Assembly (NCBI GenBank): GCA_002811645.1
Contig: PDIP01000001.1
Location: 186,001-250,000 of the forward strand
Direction of reading: 5' to 3'
Origin: Corallochytrium limacisporum Hawaii
Taxonomy: Eukaryota > Protista > Pluriformea
Length of the DNA: 64,000 nt
Part shown: piece after piece, positions 20,366 to 31,119 of the stretch
How the letters are laid out: every line of letters starts with the position of its first letter
Numbering within the stretch: position 1 is the stretch's first letter
Notes under the pieces: generated by a model
Database searches by the model: none
Told to the model about the DNA's origin: nothing
The model's input: only the letters and a program-made list of their open reading frames with translations
Position numbers and translations under genes: made by a program

Positions 20366-22297
20366 TTACCACTCATCATGAATGCAAATCTGAAGACCAC
20401 CGTTCAAGGAACGAATCTCGGACAGCTGTCGTGCAGCTTCATCTGTGATAGCCAACATCAAGCTCGGAGGCAGCTCATTGAGTCTACCATCGTGGCGCAT
20501 AGTGGCGTAGTTATCCAAGATGAAGGAAATACATGCATTCTGCAGTTGGTATGCTCCATGCATGTCTGCTGCAACAAGCAACTCGACAACTGTGTCAGCG
20601 TTGATTTCTTTCGACAGCCTTTCCTCCAACATTTCAGTGAGCCTATTTACAGCATAGTAGTTAGACATACCCAAGAGCAGGATCATTTTGTCCGCGTCGA
20701 GGCCCACTGGCATGCTATCCTTGTACATGAAGTCAATAAAGGCCCTGGCCAACATGGCATCCGCCCCCGGATAATCAAGGACAATTTTGGAATCATTGGC
20801 GTCCATCATTCCGCTATCAAACCGCGCTCGCATCATAGGACAGCGGCGACGGAGAATAGAACGGTGGCACTTTGCCAAGGGCATCTCACCTCCTGCAAGG
20901 AAAATCTCACAATCCTCGAGCTCCCTGGAAGCGTCTGTCAAATCCTTCTGCTCCAAGGCTGTCAGCGGTGGTGTAACATGGATGCGACTGAAGTACAGGC
21001 GCTCGAGCTCAAATCGAGCATGCATGGTCATTGCGCTGTCTGGCGGTACAAGGTCCCCGTATCGAACGTTGGAGATGACTTTGGTTTCATAGCTGTGTGA
21101 TGGCAGGCCAGTACGCATCCTGTTCCACCATGCAATAAATTCCTCTCGGCGTTTCTGTTCCCGCGGATGCCGCACAGCATCATCCTCTTCCCAGTTGTCC
21201 TCTACATCTGTTGAACTTACGGAAATACCCCGCATGCGATTGACATTTTCGCAGTCGTCACCATTTGAAGACGGGCTGGGAACCTTAAGTTTCCGCTTGC
21301 GGAATCCTGTTGAGCATTCAGCCATGTCATCTCCACCTTGTGGTGGTGACCCGACAGAAGCGATGGACGCTGTAGAGTATGTCTCACTTCTCTTTAGAGC
21401 CAGACCATTGCTTCCTTTCCGTGCCTTGTGGCCCCACGGACTGCTAAACTGTAGAGTTCCATCCTTCCGAGTGCATTTTAAAAGTTCTGATCCACAAGGA
21501 AACACCGCTGTACCTCCCTCAGCCAGCAGAATCATGATGGGGCCAATCATCTCGTCAGTGATGGCGGCACTAACATGAATCTTGTCAAACATTCCGTCAT
21601 CAGCAAAATCAAACGTCGGCAGGAGAACATTGTGCAGTCCAATCGACCATCTTGCGGTCGGCAGCAGCTTCCCCAGTGTAGCCCGTACATTACGACGTCC
21701 AAAAGACACAATATCCTGTTGAATGTCAATGCCAACGCAGATTCCCCTGCCTTTACGGGAAGATACAATGTCCGAATCGGCATCGTATTCATAGCAGGCG
21801 AGCCAGCTTCCAAGTGCAGTGAAGTAGCCACACCCACTACCTACGTCCAGGACGCGATCGCCGTATTCAATGTTAAGCTCTTCCAGAACAGTCGCGTACA
21901 TGTGAGGTGCTGAAATGTTGAAGTTGTACCGCGGTAAATGGATGGGGCAATCGTAAAATGCTTCACCCTTCTGGTCTTCCGGTACAAAATCCCCTCGAGA
22001 CAGCCGTGACATTGCGTTCTGCACTCGCGTTGAATGAAGTGCACGGCGCATCCTCAGCTGCTCTAACAGTTCCTGATTTGTGTGGATCTCCGTCGATGCG
22101 CCGACACTTATGAAAGCTGACATTAACCGGATGAATTGTGTATCAAAATGCATGCGCCGGGCCTGCTGGGGAAGGCCTTCCATGTCATCATCTTCATCGC
22201 TGCTACTTCTGTTCTCTGCCCGCAAGGGAGTGCTTTCTTCGGCTCTGTCCTGCTCGTCTAGATGTTGTTGCTGCTGCTGCTGTTCATGCTCACTCAT
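20366..22297 (-). CDS. Protein-L-isoaspartate O-methyltransferase (PIMT/PCMTD-like) domain fused to C-terminal BTB/POZ + BACK-like domain
   Basis: ATG at 22297. PIMT motifs ISAPHMYA, VLDVGSGCGY, FDKIHVSAA, LAEGGTAVFP, VRYGDL. BTB motifs DCEIF, CHRSILRRRCPMMRARFDSGM, FIDFMYKD, LLVAADMHGAYQLQNACISFI. Confidence 0.9.
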   Translation of the reverse strand: MSEHEQQQQQQHLDEQDRAEESTPLRAENRSSSDEDDDMEGLPQQARRMHFDTQFIRLMSAFISVGASTEIHTNQELLEQLRMRRALHSTRVQNAMSRLSRGDFVPEDQKGEAFYDCPIHLPRYNFNISAPHMYATVLEELNIEYGDRVLDVGSGCGYFTALGSWLACYEYDADSDIVSSRKGRGICVGIDIQQDIVSFGRRNVRATLGKLLPTARWSIGLHNVLLPTFDFADDGMFDKIHVSAAITDEMIGPIMILLAEGGTAVFPCGSELLKCTRKDGTLQFSSPWGHKARKGSNGLALKRSETYSTASIASVGSPPQGGDDMAECSTGFRKRKLKVPSPSSNGDDCENVNRMRGISVSSTDVEDNWEEDDAVRHPREQKRREEFIAWWNRMRTGLPSHSYETKVISNVRYGDLVPPDSAMTMHARFELERLYFSRIHVTPPLTALEQKDLTDASRELEDCEIFLAGGEMPLAKCHRSILRRRCPMMRARFDSGMMDANDSKIVLDYPGADAMLARAFIDFMYKDSMPVGLDADKMILLLGMSNYYAVNRLTEMLEERLSKEINADTVVELLVAADMHGAYQLQNACISFILDNYATMRHDGRLNELPPSLMLAITDEAARQLSEIRSLNGGLQICIHDEW

Positions 22298-22939
22298 TGT
22301 GTCTATAAAGATATTCACCCCTCTAGAGGGTTATTTGCTAATGTCTCTCTGTTTCTGTTCCCAAGGACCTTCTAGATTTCAGGCATACGGTTTCCAGCTA
22401 TAGTTATACTTGCCACCTAATTTACTCGATCCCTGACCATAAACCTTTGATTTCGTCGTGTCAGTGGCATTCTTCTACCTTATGACACACCTGGTCGTCA
22501 CATCCATTCAACATACTGTATCCGTGTCTTCTTAGTTGGTGCCTTGGAATGCAAATCAGCCAGCGACGTGCGAGGAGATCTTTTGTTGACATTTTTCGAA
22601 CTCGCCTACGACACCCGCTCTGGCTCGCTCTCGGCCTATCGGGGCTGGGCCTGGCTGGCGGCTGAGAAACGCAGTCCGCAAAAAACTGTGGTTCTTGTGT
22701 ACGGGAACACCCGCCCCCTCCCCTGCGGGCCGGTCTGGCTCTTTGGCTGGCTGGCTAACCCACCTCTTCATTCCCTGTAGGGGATCTCCAACCCGACTTC
22801 TCCCCTTCCCTACCGGCGCCTTGTATCCTTTTGTTTTTGCTGAGCCACCGCTCCCTTGTCAGCGTAACGACGGGTGGAATCGTCGTCTGTGGTTCGGAAG
22901 TCGAAGCGGGAGGGGGGAAATTGAACGACAGAGATTTCT

Positions 22940-22944
<5 letters not shown>

Positions 22945-22976
<32 letters not shown>
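22945..22976. repeat. (AG)n microsatellite
   Basis: Read directly. Confidence 0.92.
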
Positions 22977-22982
<6 letters not shown>

Positions 22983-24088
22983 GAGTGGGGTGGGTGTGTT
23001 TGATAAAGGCTACGGCACGGTACCCAAGGACAGAAACGTAAGCCGTCCGTCCTTCTCTCTTCCCCCGCCTCTCTCTCTCTCTCTGTGGGGCGGTCCACCC
23101 CATTCACCCCATAATCAACGGCGCAAGAAACCCACCAACCATTGCGGGGTGATCATGGCGGCTCCGGCACCCGCACATAACACCCACACGAACATTTCTG
23201 GCCCCTGTTAGAAAAAAGAAAAGGAGAAAGAAAAAAAAAGCGGGTCTCTTTTCTTGGTATGGGGAAACAAGGGGAGACGGGGGAGCTCCGTCGCGGAAGG
23301 GGAGAGGCCCCAGCGGGGAGCGGCTGCAAAGTCGGGAAAGAAAGAGTTTCTTAGCCGACGGGCAGAGAAAAAGGTAGAGTCTCTCTCTCTCTCTCTTGGC
23401 CGAAGGTTAAAATTGGTCGCCCGTTCGCTTTTGAGTTTTACTCCATACGCAAACCTAGCGCGAGATTTTTCATTCGTCCTTCTTGCCAAAACCGCCCAAA
23501 TCAATGACACCTCACCCGCATTTTTAAGTCCTTCCTTTAAAATCAATATTATTGATATACATGAACGGTGCGTAATGGCCGGGAGATTTTTTGGTCCCCC
23601 AACGCCAAAAAAGAAGGAGAAATCGCCGTTTTGGTCCGAACGCATATCGAGGAAAGGGTGGCTGTAAAGGAAAGAGAGCTTCACTGCCCAGGGCCTTCTC
23701 CCGCCCATCCCTTCCCCCCCCCCGGTGCCCAGGGGAGAACTTTCTGTTTGACTCTTTGGCCCCGTCGGAAACCTCAGTGTGTGCGGCAGTGAAAAGGGGC
23801 CGAGACGGGTGGGGGTGGGGTCTGGCGGCCAAGTCCACGACCGGTGGTGCAAGCGATCAGCAGTCGGAGGGGAGAGAGGGGCTCTGAAATTCTTTTGTTT
23901 GTAACGATGGATCGATGGTGAGGGGGGCCAGGGGAGGTCCAGACACCGGAAAAGGTGTTCGCTGCCGCAACCTACCTTGGCACAATGCTGGTACTTGCCA
24001 CGGCAATGTTCACATTGCGTATACATGCCTTCACTAGCATTTACTGAAGACAAGCAGTGGCCTGATATACGTAGTCACAAAGAAAAGA

Positions 24089-24958
24089 ATGGGCAGATCG
24101 TTCAACATGTTTACCGCGCTCGCGGTCTCGGTCGTTGTTGCCATCGCTGCACTGTCAGCGGTCTCCGGTAGTGAAAGCTTGCGTTACTTCACCGCTTCGG
24201 TGATCGGCATGGTTTTGATCTATGTGAAAACGATCCAGGAATGGTATGCGATTGATCTCTCCGACTATAAAAATATTTATCCAACGGACAAGAAGCTGAA
24301 ACCCGTCTCGGCCAGGGGCGATGGTGACTTTTTTGTTAATTGGTTCGAGCGGTTCCTTCGCCCCGTTCATGGCGCCCTGATCAAGAGGATGGATCTTAAG
24401 GAAACAGACAATGTGCTTGATGCTTGCTGTGGAGCGGGAGGCTGCAGTTTGCGGGTGATAAGCAAGGTCAAGAGCGTGACAGGCGTGGATTTGAGCCCGA
24501 GGAGCATTGAAGCGGCGAAGAAGCGCATTGCAGGGAGTGAAGAAACCACAACCAAGGGAAATGAGACAGCCTTGAAATTCATATGCCAAGACGCTGCTTT
24601 TCTGTCGGAATTCAAGGATGGTCACTTTGATGTCTCGTACACGTCGATGGGCATGCACACCATGCCCCCGAGCACCCGGGTTAAGTTTCTTCGTGAACTC
24701 TGCAGAGTCACAAAGCGAAGTATCTATGTCATCGATTTCACAAAGGATGTGACACCCCTCTCGCTGGCTGGGCTACAGGCCTGCTTTTTGGAGTTCCTTG
24801 GCGGTCCGCAACATTTCGCTGGCTTTCTGAGCTTCCGCGACCTCGGCGGTGTAGAGAACCTGGGAACCATTGTGGAAGATGAGACCGACTGGAAATTGAA
24901 GAAAGTGTACTCAACTAAGGTCCAGGTCGTAAGCGTCGCCGAATTGTGCAAAGCATAG
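24089..24958 (+). CDS. Class I SAM-dependent methyltransferase (UbiE-like) with N-terminal transmembrane segments
   Basis: VLDACCGAGG, VTGVDLS, FICQDA, FDVSYTSMGMH, IYVIDF. Two hydrophobic N-terminal stretches. Confidence 0.85.
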   Translation: MGRSFNMFTALAVSVVVAIAALSAVSGSESLRYFTASVIGMVLIYVKTIQEWYAIDLSDYKNIYPTDKKLKPVSARGDGDFFVNWFERFLRPVHGALIKRMDLKETDNVLDACCGAGGCSLRVISKVKSVTGVDLSPRSIEAAKKRIAGSEETTTKGNETALKFICQDAAFLSEFKDGHFDVSYTSMGMHTMPPSTRVKFLRELCRVTKRSIYVIDFTKDVTPLSLAGLQACFLEFLGGPQHFAGFLSFRDLGGVENLGTIVEDETDWKLKKVYSTKVQVVSVAELCKA

Positions 24959-25050
24959 TTTTACATTAACAGATAAACATAGAAATTGCAGGACAGATGA
25001 GTTAGTGCTTCAGTTGTTTTTTAATTTTGTCTGGGTCACCAGAATAGTCT

Positions 25051-28000
25051 TCAGAACTTCATTGCAATGGTGATCAAGGATTTGATTCCAGTTAGCGAGC
25101 TCTTAAACTTGTGCAGATTCATCTGGGTTGTGATCTGACCCGTGTATCTGTATGCAGTCTGGAGATCGTTGGCCTGGATATACTGGATGAGCTGTGTTAA
25201 CATGCCCATCTCAGCATCCGTAATGTTATCCTCCCGCATGAGATCAAACATGGGCTGCAGCTTGCTCTCGACATCCTGAAGTTTGCGGGTGATGGTGGAA
25301 TCATTCTTGGCCTTACCGCGGTCAATCAGACCCTGTAAAACGTCATGGATCGGCTTAAACTTTTCCAAGATTGGTTTCGGTGGTGCAGGCGGCTGAGCAG
25401 GCGGCTGCGGTGCCACGGGCTGAGCAGGACCGCCAGGAGGTGCTCCGGCCACAGCACCGGGGGGTTGCTGACCGTATTGAGCGACGGAACCAGTACCGTA
25501 GGAAGCCGCACCAGGCATCGGTGGAGTACCATAGCCAGCACCGGGAGCTGGAGCGGTCTGTCCCGGGTAACCCGGAGCAGGTGCACCACCTACGGGTGGG
25601 GCGACGGGCGACATGATGGCGGCTGCCTGTGGGCGGTGCGACTGGGACGCCTTCTTCTTGCGTTCAATAATGGGTGGCTCGTTCCAACCTCCCGTGCCTG
25701 CTGGGTTTGTCGGTTGAGACAAGCTGCCACCACCTGCAGCAGGTGGGTGTGGAGCGGCGGACGGCGGTGGGGCACCCGCCACGGCTGGAGGCGGACCAGA
25801 GGGCGGTGGTGCGCTAGCAGTCGGCGGTGCTGCAGGTTGCAGGATGTTGGCTGTCGGGGGAGCGGGCTGGCTGTACGATGAAGCTTGTTGGAAGTGAGCC
25901 GGAACAGCCGGAGCACCGCCAAAGGCCGGGGGAGGCGCAGTTTGGGTCGGAGGAGCACCGTAGGTCGGCGGGCCACCCATGGCCGGAGGCGGAGCAGCAC
26001 CGCCCATGGCCGGCGGAGGTGCTCCGTAGCTGGGCCTTGAAGGAGGCTGTTGTCCATACTGTCCATAGGAAGTCTGCTGCTGGCCGAAGCCTCCATAGCC
26101 AGTCTGCTGTGGCTGCTGATATCCCGTTGATGTACGTGATTGTTGACCATACCCACCAGTTTGTTGCTGCTGCCCGTACTGTGCAGTCTGGGCCTGAGCC
26201 ACTGGTGCATTCTGTACTGTATATGGAGCCTCCGGAGGTCCTCCCACCATCTGTTGCAATTGAGGCTTGAGTGCATGGTAGATGCGATCCCGGATGTTAC
26301 CAAGGTGGTGATTCTGCTCCACCGGCACCGGTCCACATAGCTTAATTTGCTGCATGGCCTCCAGAAGCATGCCTTGGTCAGTCAAGGTTTCCGCATACCG
26401 GATGATATGCTCGACAGCCTCCGTGCTGGTAATGGTTACTTGATCAGAACGCACAGCATTTACCGCACCCGCCAGCACATTAACCTTCTCCATCAATGAG
26501 TGTATGTCCTCGACAGACGGCTTTGGTGGCATCAGACGCAGAAGCATACGCAGCATGCCATCTAGGTTACCACCTGCAATGTAGATCAAGGCTGCGTCCA
26601 CGCTCTCGTTGGCTTCCTCCAGACGCTCAGCAAGCATTATGCAAAGGTTGCTGAATTCTTCAGCCGATCCGTAGGTCACGAGCATGGCAAAGGTTTCACG
26701 CCAATTCTCAAGCTTCGAGAACTGCACAAGGTCACCCCAGTTCCCAGTTAGGACCAATCCCAGCACTGTGGCGAAATCGGTGCTGCAGCTTCCAAGATAT
26801 GCATCTCGTGCACGATTCAATAGCTCAGGACCACCGGCCATCGCCAGGATAAGGGCATCAGCGTGTCGACCGGCCGCAATTGACAGGGAAACGGCAGTCT
26901 GGAAGTCACCTGCAATCAGAGCGCGTAGGATCGGTCCGGTGTCGCCGTCGTGGAGAGCAATGCCAAAGCTTGAAGTAATGGCAGGCAAATGACTGCCGTT
27001 CGCACCGGTTGCAACCTGTTTGCCAATACTGGCGAACACGTCACCATCAGCACCATCTGCTCCCGGCGAAGGACCAGTTCCATTCATTTGTGTTCCCGTC
27101 TGTTCTTCGCCAGTAAGGTCGGCGGTTGAAGCACTCTGCTGGACTGGCTTTTGTGCAATGTTCAGTTCGCTCTGCATGCGGTTAGCCAGAGCATCACCTT
27201 CCAATGCCGCTTCCTTAACCTTACGATACGCCATGGAATCCGTAGAGTAGCCCATTAGCTCCAGCTGCGATTTCCTGGGCTGTGCATCGAAATTAACTTT
27301 CAAGAAACCCCATAACAGCCTCTCACTGTCAGAGTCAGCAGCACGCAGACGGCTGTCGCACAGACTACCGAAGTCCTGGGACTGTTGAGACAACTCGACA
27401 GCCTTGGAAACGAGTTCCTGTTCCGTGACGGTCTGCTGGACCTTGATCTGACCACCAGTTGGCTGCGAAAATTCATATAGCTTGCCACCAAAACCAAATA
27501 CAGCACCACAAGGGCGTTTCAACCACTTTGGCGGTTTCACCTTGGGAGCAGCAGTAGGCTGCTGACCGTACTGTCCCTGTGCCTGGGCGTCACTGGCACC
27601 TCCGCTGGCTTCGAGAATGTCTCCTACACGAACAGTGCCGTCGAAGCTACCGCAACTAAATATCGACGGGTTGCTTGGACACCAGTTCACATCGAAACAC
27701 CAGTTCTTGGCCTGAGGGAGTTCTTCGGTCATTTCAGCCGTGTTCGGATTCCACAGCAGAAGGCGATTATCCTTACCACAACTGAGTAGCATATCGGAAT
27801 CCGCGGGGTTCCATGCAAGGTCCAGAACTCCGCTCTGGTGTCCCTGCATGGTCCGCAGCGGGCTGTAGGCATTGCGCAATTCCCATATCTGAATGACAGG
27901 ATGACGGTCATCCTCGCTTGCAGTGGCCAGTTGAGTCGCTTCATCAGGGTGCCACTGCAGAGCGCTATTACGCATCCGTGCATTGTTGTCGTGGAAGTTT

Positions 28001-28683
28001 ATCACGGCACGGTTTGCACGCAAGTCCCAGACAGTGGACATACCATTGATATTGGTCGAACCGAGAATGTGCTGAACCTGGCGGTTCCACTGCAGAGCTG
28101 TAATGTCAGCCGGCTCGGTGCTACTCTGACCAGGAGCCATAGGCTTGCCTGTGTTCAAGTCCCAAATGAATATTTCAGAGCGGCCAGCACCAGATGCCAT
28201 CAAGTTCGGCATGAATGTGTTGAAGTCTAGAGTGTTTACACCACTGCCATGTCCCCTCAGCTGTGCAACAGGAGCCATTGCTTGCCCGCTGGCATTTCCT
28301 GCGAGGGCCTTTGCATCCCACATTCCAATGCTTCCGTCTGAGAAACCACCGGCAATCACGCCGTACCCGAACCTACCGGCAGACATGCCAAATGAGCCCC
28401 ACTGGAGGGTATTAAATCGTTCCTGGCATGTCGTCTTTCCCAAACACTTGAGCTCAGGTCCCCGGAGCTGAGCTTTTGCAAAGAAGTCATCGCCTCCGGC
28501 TTCAGCAGGCTGGGGAGCAGGAGCATCTCCCGTCTCCAGACTGTACACTTCAAGTTCCGAAGAGGTGCTAAAACTTGCGTCGAGCTGTTTCGCAGCTGTA
28601 CCAGCTGCAACCAATGTCGTGCTCTTCAGCTGCCCGGGGCTGAAAGCAGTCTCACTGCTCTTGTACACTTGTTTAAACTGCAT
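25051..28683 (-). CDS. SEC31: COPII coat protein Sec31
   Basis: 1210 aa. WD40 region with WNRQVQHIL, WHPDEATQL, PVIQIWELRNA; PPKWLKRPCGAVFGFGGKL; solenoid; Pro-rich region; C-terminal helical domain. Confidence 0.97.
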   Translation of the reverse strand: MQFKQVYKSSETAFSPGQLKSTTLVAAGTAAKQLDASFSTSSELEVYSLETGDAPAPQPAEAGGDDFFAKAQLRGPELKCLGKTTCQERFNTLQWGSFGMSAGRFGYGVIAGGFSDGSIGMWDAKALAGNASGQAMAPVAQLRGHGSGVNTLDFNTFMPNLMASGAGRSEIFIWDLNTGKPMAPGQSSTEPADITALQWNRQVQHILGSTNINGMSTVWDLRANRAVINFHDNNARMRNSALQWHPDEATQLATASEDDRHPVIQIWELRNAYSPLRTMQGHQSGVLDLAWNPADSDMLLSCGKDNRLLLWNPNTAEMTEELPQAKNWCFDVNWCPSNPSIFSCGSFDGTVRVGDILEASGGASDAQAQGQYGQQPTAAPKVKPPKWLKRPCGAVFGFGGKLYEFSQPTGGQIKVQQTVTEQELVSKAVELSQQSQDFGSLCDSRLRAADSDSERLLWGFLKVNFDAQPRKSQLELMGYSTDSMAYRKVKEAALEGDALANRMQSELNIAQKPVQQSASTADLTGEEQTGTQMNGTGPSPGADGADGDVFASIGKQVATGANGSHLPAITSSFGIALHDGDTGPILRALIAGDFQTAVSLSIAAGRHADALILAMAGGPELLNRARDAYLGSCSTDFATVLGLVLTGNWGDLVQFSKLENWRETFAMLVTYGSAEEFSNLCIMLAERLEEANESVDAALIYIAGGNLDGMLRMLLRLMPPKPSVEDIHSLMEKVNVLAGAVNAVRSDQVTITSTEAVEHIIRYAETLTDQGMLLEAMQQIKLCGPVPVEQNHHLGNIRDRIYHALKPQLQQMVGGPPEAPYTVQNAPVAQAQTAQYGQQQQTGGYGQQSRTSTGYQQPQQTGYGGFGQQQTSYGQYGQQPPSRPSYGAPPPAMGGAAPPPAMGGPPTYGAPPTQTAPPPAFGGAPAVPAHFQQASSYSQPAPPTANILQPAAPPTASAPPPSGPPPAVAGAPPPSAAPHPPAAGGGSLSQPTNPAGTGGWNEPPIIERKKKASQSHRPQAAAIMSPVAPPVGGAPAPGYPGQTAPAPGAGYGTPPMPGAASYGTGSVAQYGQQPPGAVAGAPPGGPAQPVAPQPPAQPPAPPKPILEKFKPIHDVLQGLIDRGKAKNDSTITRKLQDVESKLQPMFDLMREDNITDAEMGMLTQLIQYIQANDLQTAYRYTGQITTQMNLHKFKSSLTGIKSLITIAMKF

Positions 28684-30212
28684 TTTGTGTATCTGAGTAT
28701 CTATTTATATCGACTGTCCCTAGCACATCATGACTGGTGGCCCAAACACATTCTGCCAGTCGTAGTGTCTCTCCGGTGCTGTGTGATGAGTTTTCAAAGA
28801 AAATTCATCCCCACTTGTGATCCTAGGCTACAAATCTCATGTACCTAGACGTAGAGGTTACAGTCTTGGCAAAATCTTCCACAGCGCCACATCATCGTCA
28901 TCGAGCCCTAGGGAAGTGGGCTTTGAAACAAGAGCAACTTGTCGATCGGCTCAGTACCCACTAACCAACCCCCCCCTTCTCTTCGCCTGTCCTCTGCCTT
29001 GCACTCCCGTTCCCTCCAAAACTCTCTTTCGCTACCGAGGGCGGTTGTTTGGCTACCCAAGGCTCCTACCTACACCCCTCCCACTCTCGCCTCTCCGCTC
29101 AATTGCCACCGAACTTGAAGTCTTCGCCGCTCCTTTTGAAACCAAAACAAAAGTTGTGGCTCCAAATGTACTGCAAACAACGGGAAAGAAAGGGGTGCAA
29201 AACACTTTGCCCCCCCCCCCCGGGGAGGGCCGTGTCGATTGATCTCGTGTAAGTTTTCCGTGGTTGGCCTGGTTCTGGTATTGTGTGCTAGGAGGGGGGA
29301 GAAGGGGGGAGGGGTTGTCGGGCATCTCCCGGGTTTTGCTTTGGGTGTTTTCCAATTACCCGGGGTCTTGATTTTCTCTTGCACCATTGACGCACGGCAC
29401 CAGCTGCAGCTGCTGAACCCTTTTTTTTTGGCCTGCTGATATTACCCTGCACTCCGAGCGCCGCACAGCGCGAACCCAATGTTTTGACTTTGGGACAATT
29501 GGTACTTTCACTACGGACATTGCGTGTGATGGTAGATTCAGAATCCCTTTGTTTTGCCAGTTGCCCTGTGACCGGTCGGTCCTGGGTGCGAGCGAGCGTG
29601 GCTTCAGTACCGGCAACTGTCGAGCCCTTGCTCGTATATTCGTGAGGTCCGTCCGGACTCCTTTGATTCGTGAAAACTGCGCCCCCCTTTGTGCCCTACG
29701 GCCCCCCTCCGGGGGCCCCCTTTTTTTTTTGTTCTCCAGCTCACCGCTCTGCCTCCAGACCGTTCAGGCGCGCGAGGCCTGATCAGACTGGCTTTTTGGG
29801 CACAAATTGCTATACAAATTGGCTTGGGCGGGGAGAGCGCAGGGCGCTGTCCTTCGGTTCCCCGCCCTTTGAAATAACATTGGCACAGAACAAATGGCCG
29901 AGAACGACATCCACGTCACTCGGTGCTGAATGTACCGAGTCAGGGCCCCAGGCCGTTCGGAGCGGGACGGCGGTGCGCCCTTTCTTGTTCCTTGCTCTAG
30001 AACGACGGAGCGACAATGCGTACAAGCGCAAAGCCATAACCAAGGTTTCGGTCCTTTTGTGAGCGATTGACCGGGTCAGTCATTGGAACAGTGAATAAAG
30101 TGACCAGGCACCAAAGCATGGTGAAGATCAGATCGGCTATAAAGGCTCGACATTCGCGCAAATAAGGCAGTATCGAACACTGTTCACAAATACCACATAT
30201 TGAGTGATCACA

Positions 30213-31073
30213 ATGTCGTTGGCAAAGGTAAATTTGACCGGGCCGGTCGAGGGCCCCCTGGTGGATCTTCAGCAGACGAAGGGCGGGTTCAACTTTGAGA
30301 ATATTAAGCGGAATGCTATGCTTGATGCACAAGGACTAACTGGAAGCAGTTCTAAGGGTTATGTTCCTCGGGCCACTAAGACTGGTACCACAATTGCCGG
30401 AGTGGTTTTCAAGGACGGCGTCATCCTGGGCGCAGATACTCGTGCCACTAACGGAACTATTGTGGCTGACAAGAACTGCGAGAAAATTCACTACATTGCT
30501 CCCAACATTTACTGCTGCGGTGCTGGTACTGCCGCCGATACTGAAAATGTCACCAACATGATTAGCAGTCAGCTAGAGCTCCACCGTCTAGAAACTGGCC
30601 GTCAGAGCCGTATGGTGACTGCATGCCGTAAGCTGAAACAGATGCTTTACAAGTATCAGGGATATGTCTCTGCGGCTCTGGTTCTTGGTGGAGTTGACCT
30701 CGAGGGACCTAAGCTGTACACTATCGCTCCGCACGGTAGTACGGACAAACTGCCCTACGTAACCATGGGTAGTGGTAGTTTGGCCGCGATGGCCGTCTTC
30801 GAAGCTCGGTGGAAGCCCGACATGGAGGAAGAGGAGGCCAAGCAACTTGTGCGTGATGCTATCGCCAGTGGTATCTTTAACGATTTGGGCTCTGGTTCCA
30901 ACGTCGACTTGTGTGTGATTACCAGCTCCAAGGTCGACTACATCCGCCCTCATGAAGTCGCCAACCTTAAGACCGAGCGTCAGCAGGCATACAAGTACCC
31001 CAAGGGAACCACTGCTGTACTTACTACGGACATCCAGAAACTGGTGACTGTGTCCGATGGAATGGAAATGTAG
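30213..31073 (+). CDS. PSMB7: 20S proteasome subunit beta 2
   Basis: Propeptide [11 protein letters not shown], cleavage site [42 protein letters not shown] at 30213. Confidence 0.97.
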   Translation: MSLAKVNLTGPVEGPLVDLQQTKGGFNFENIKRNAMLDAQGLTGSSSKGYVPRATKTGTTIAGVVFKDGVILGADTRATNGTIVADKNCEKIHYIAPNIYCCGAGTAADTENVTNMISSQLELHRLETGRQSRMVTACRKLKQMLYKYQGYVSAALVLGGVDLEGPKLYTIAPHGSTDKLPYVTMGSGSLAAMAVFEARWKPDMEEEEAKQLVRDAIASGIFNDLGSGSNVDLCVITSSKVDYIRPHEVANLKTERQQAYKYPKGTTAVLTTDIQKLVTVSDGMEM

Positions 31074-31119
31074 AATGCCAAGATAGATCGCTAATTACAT
31101 ATCAGATACTTATATGTTT

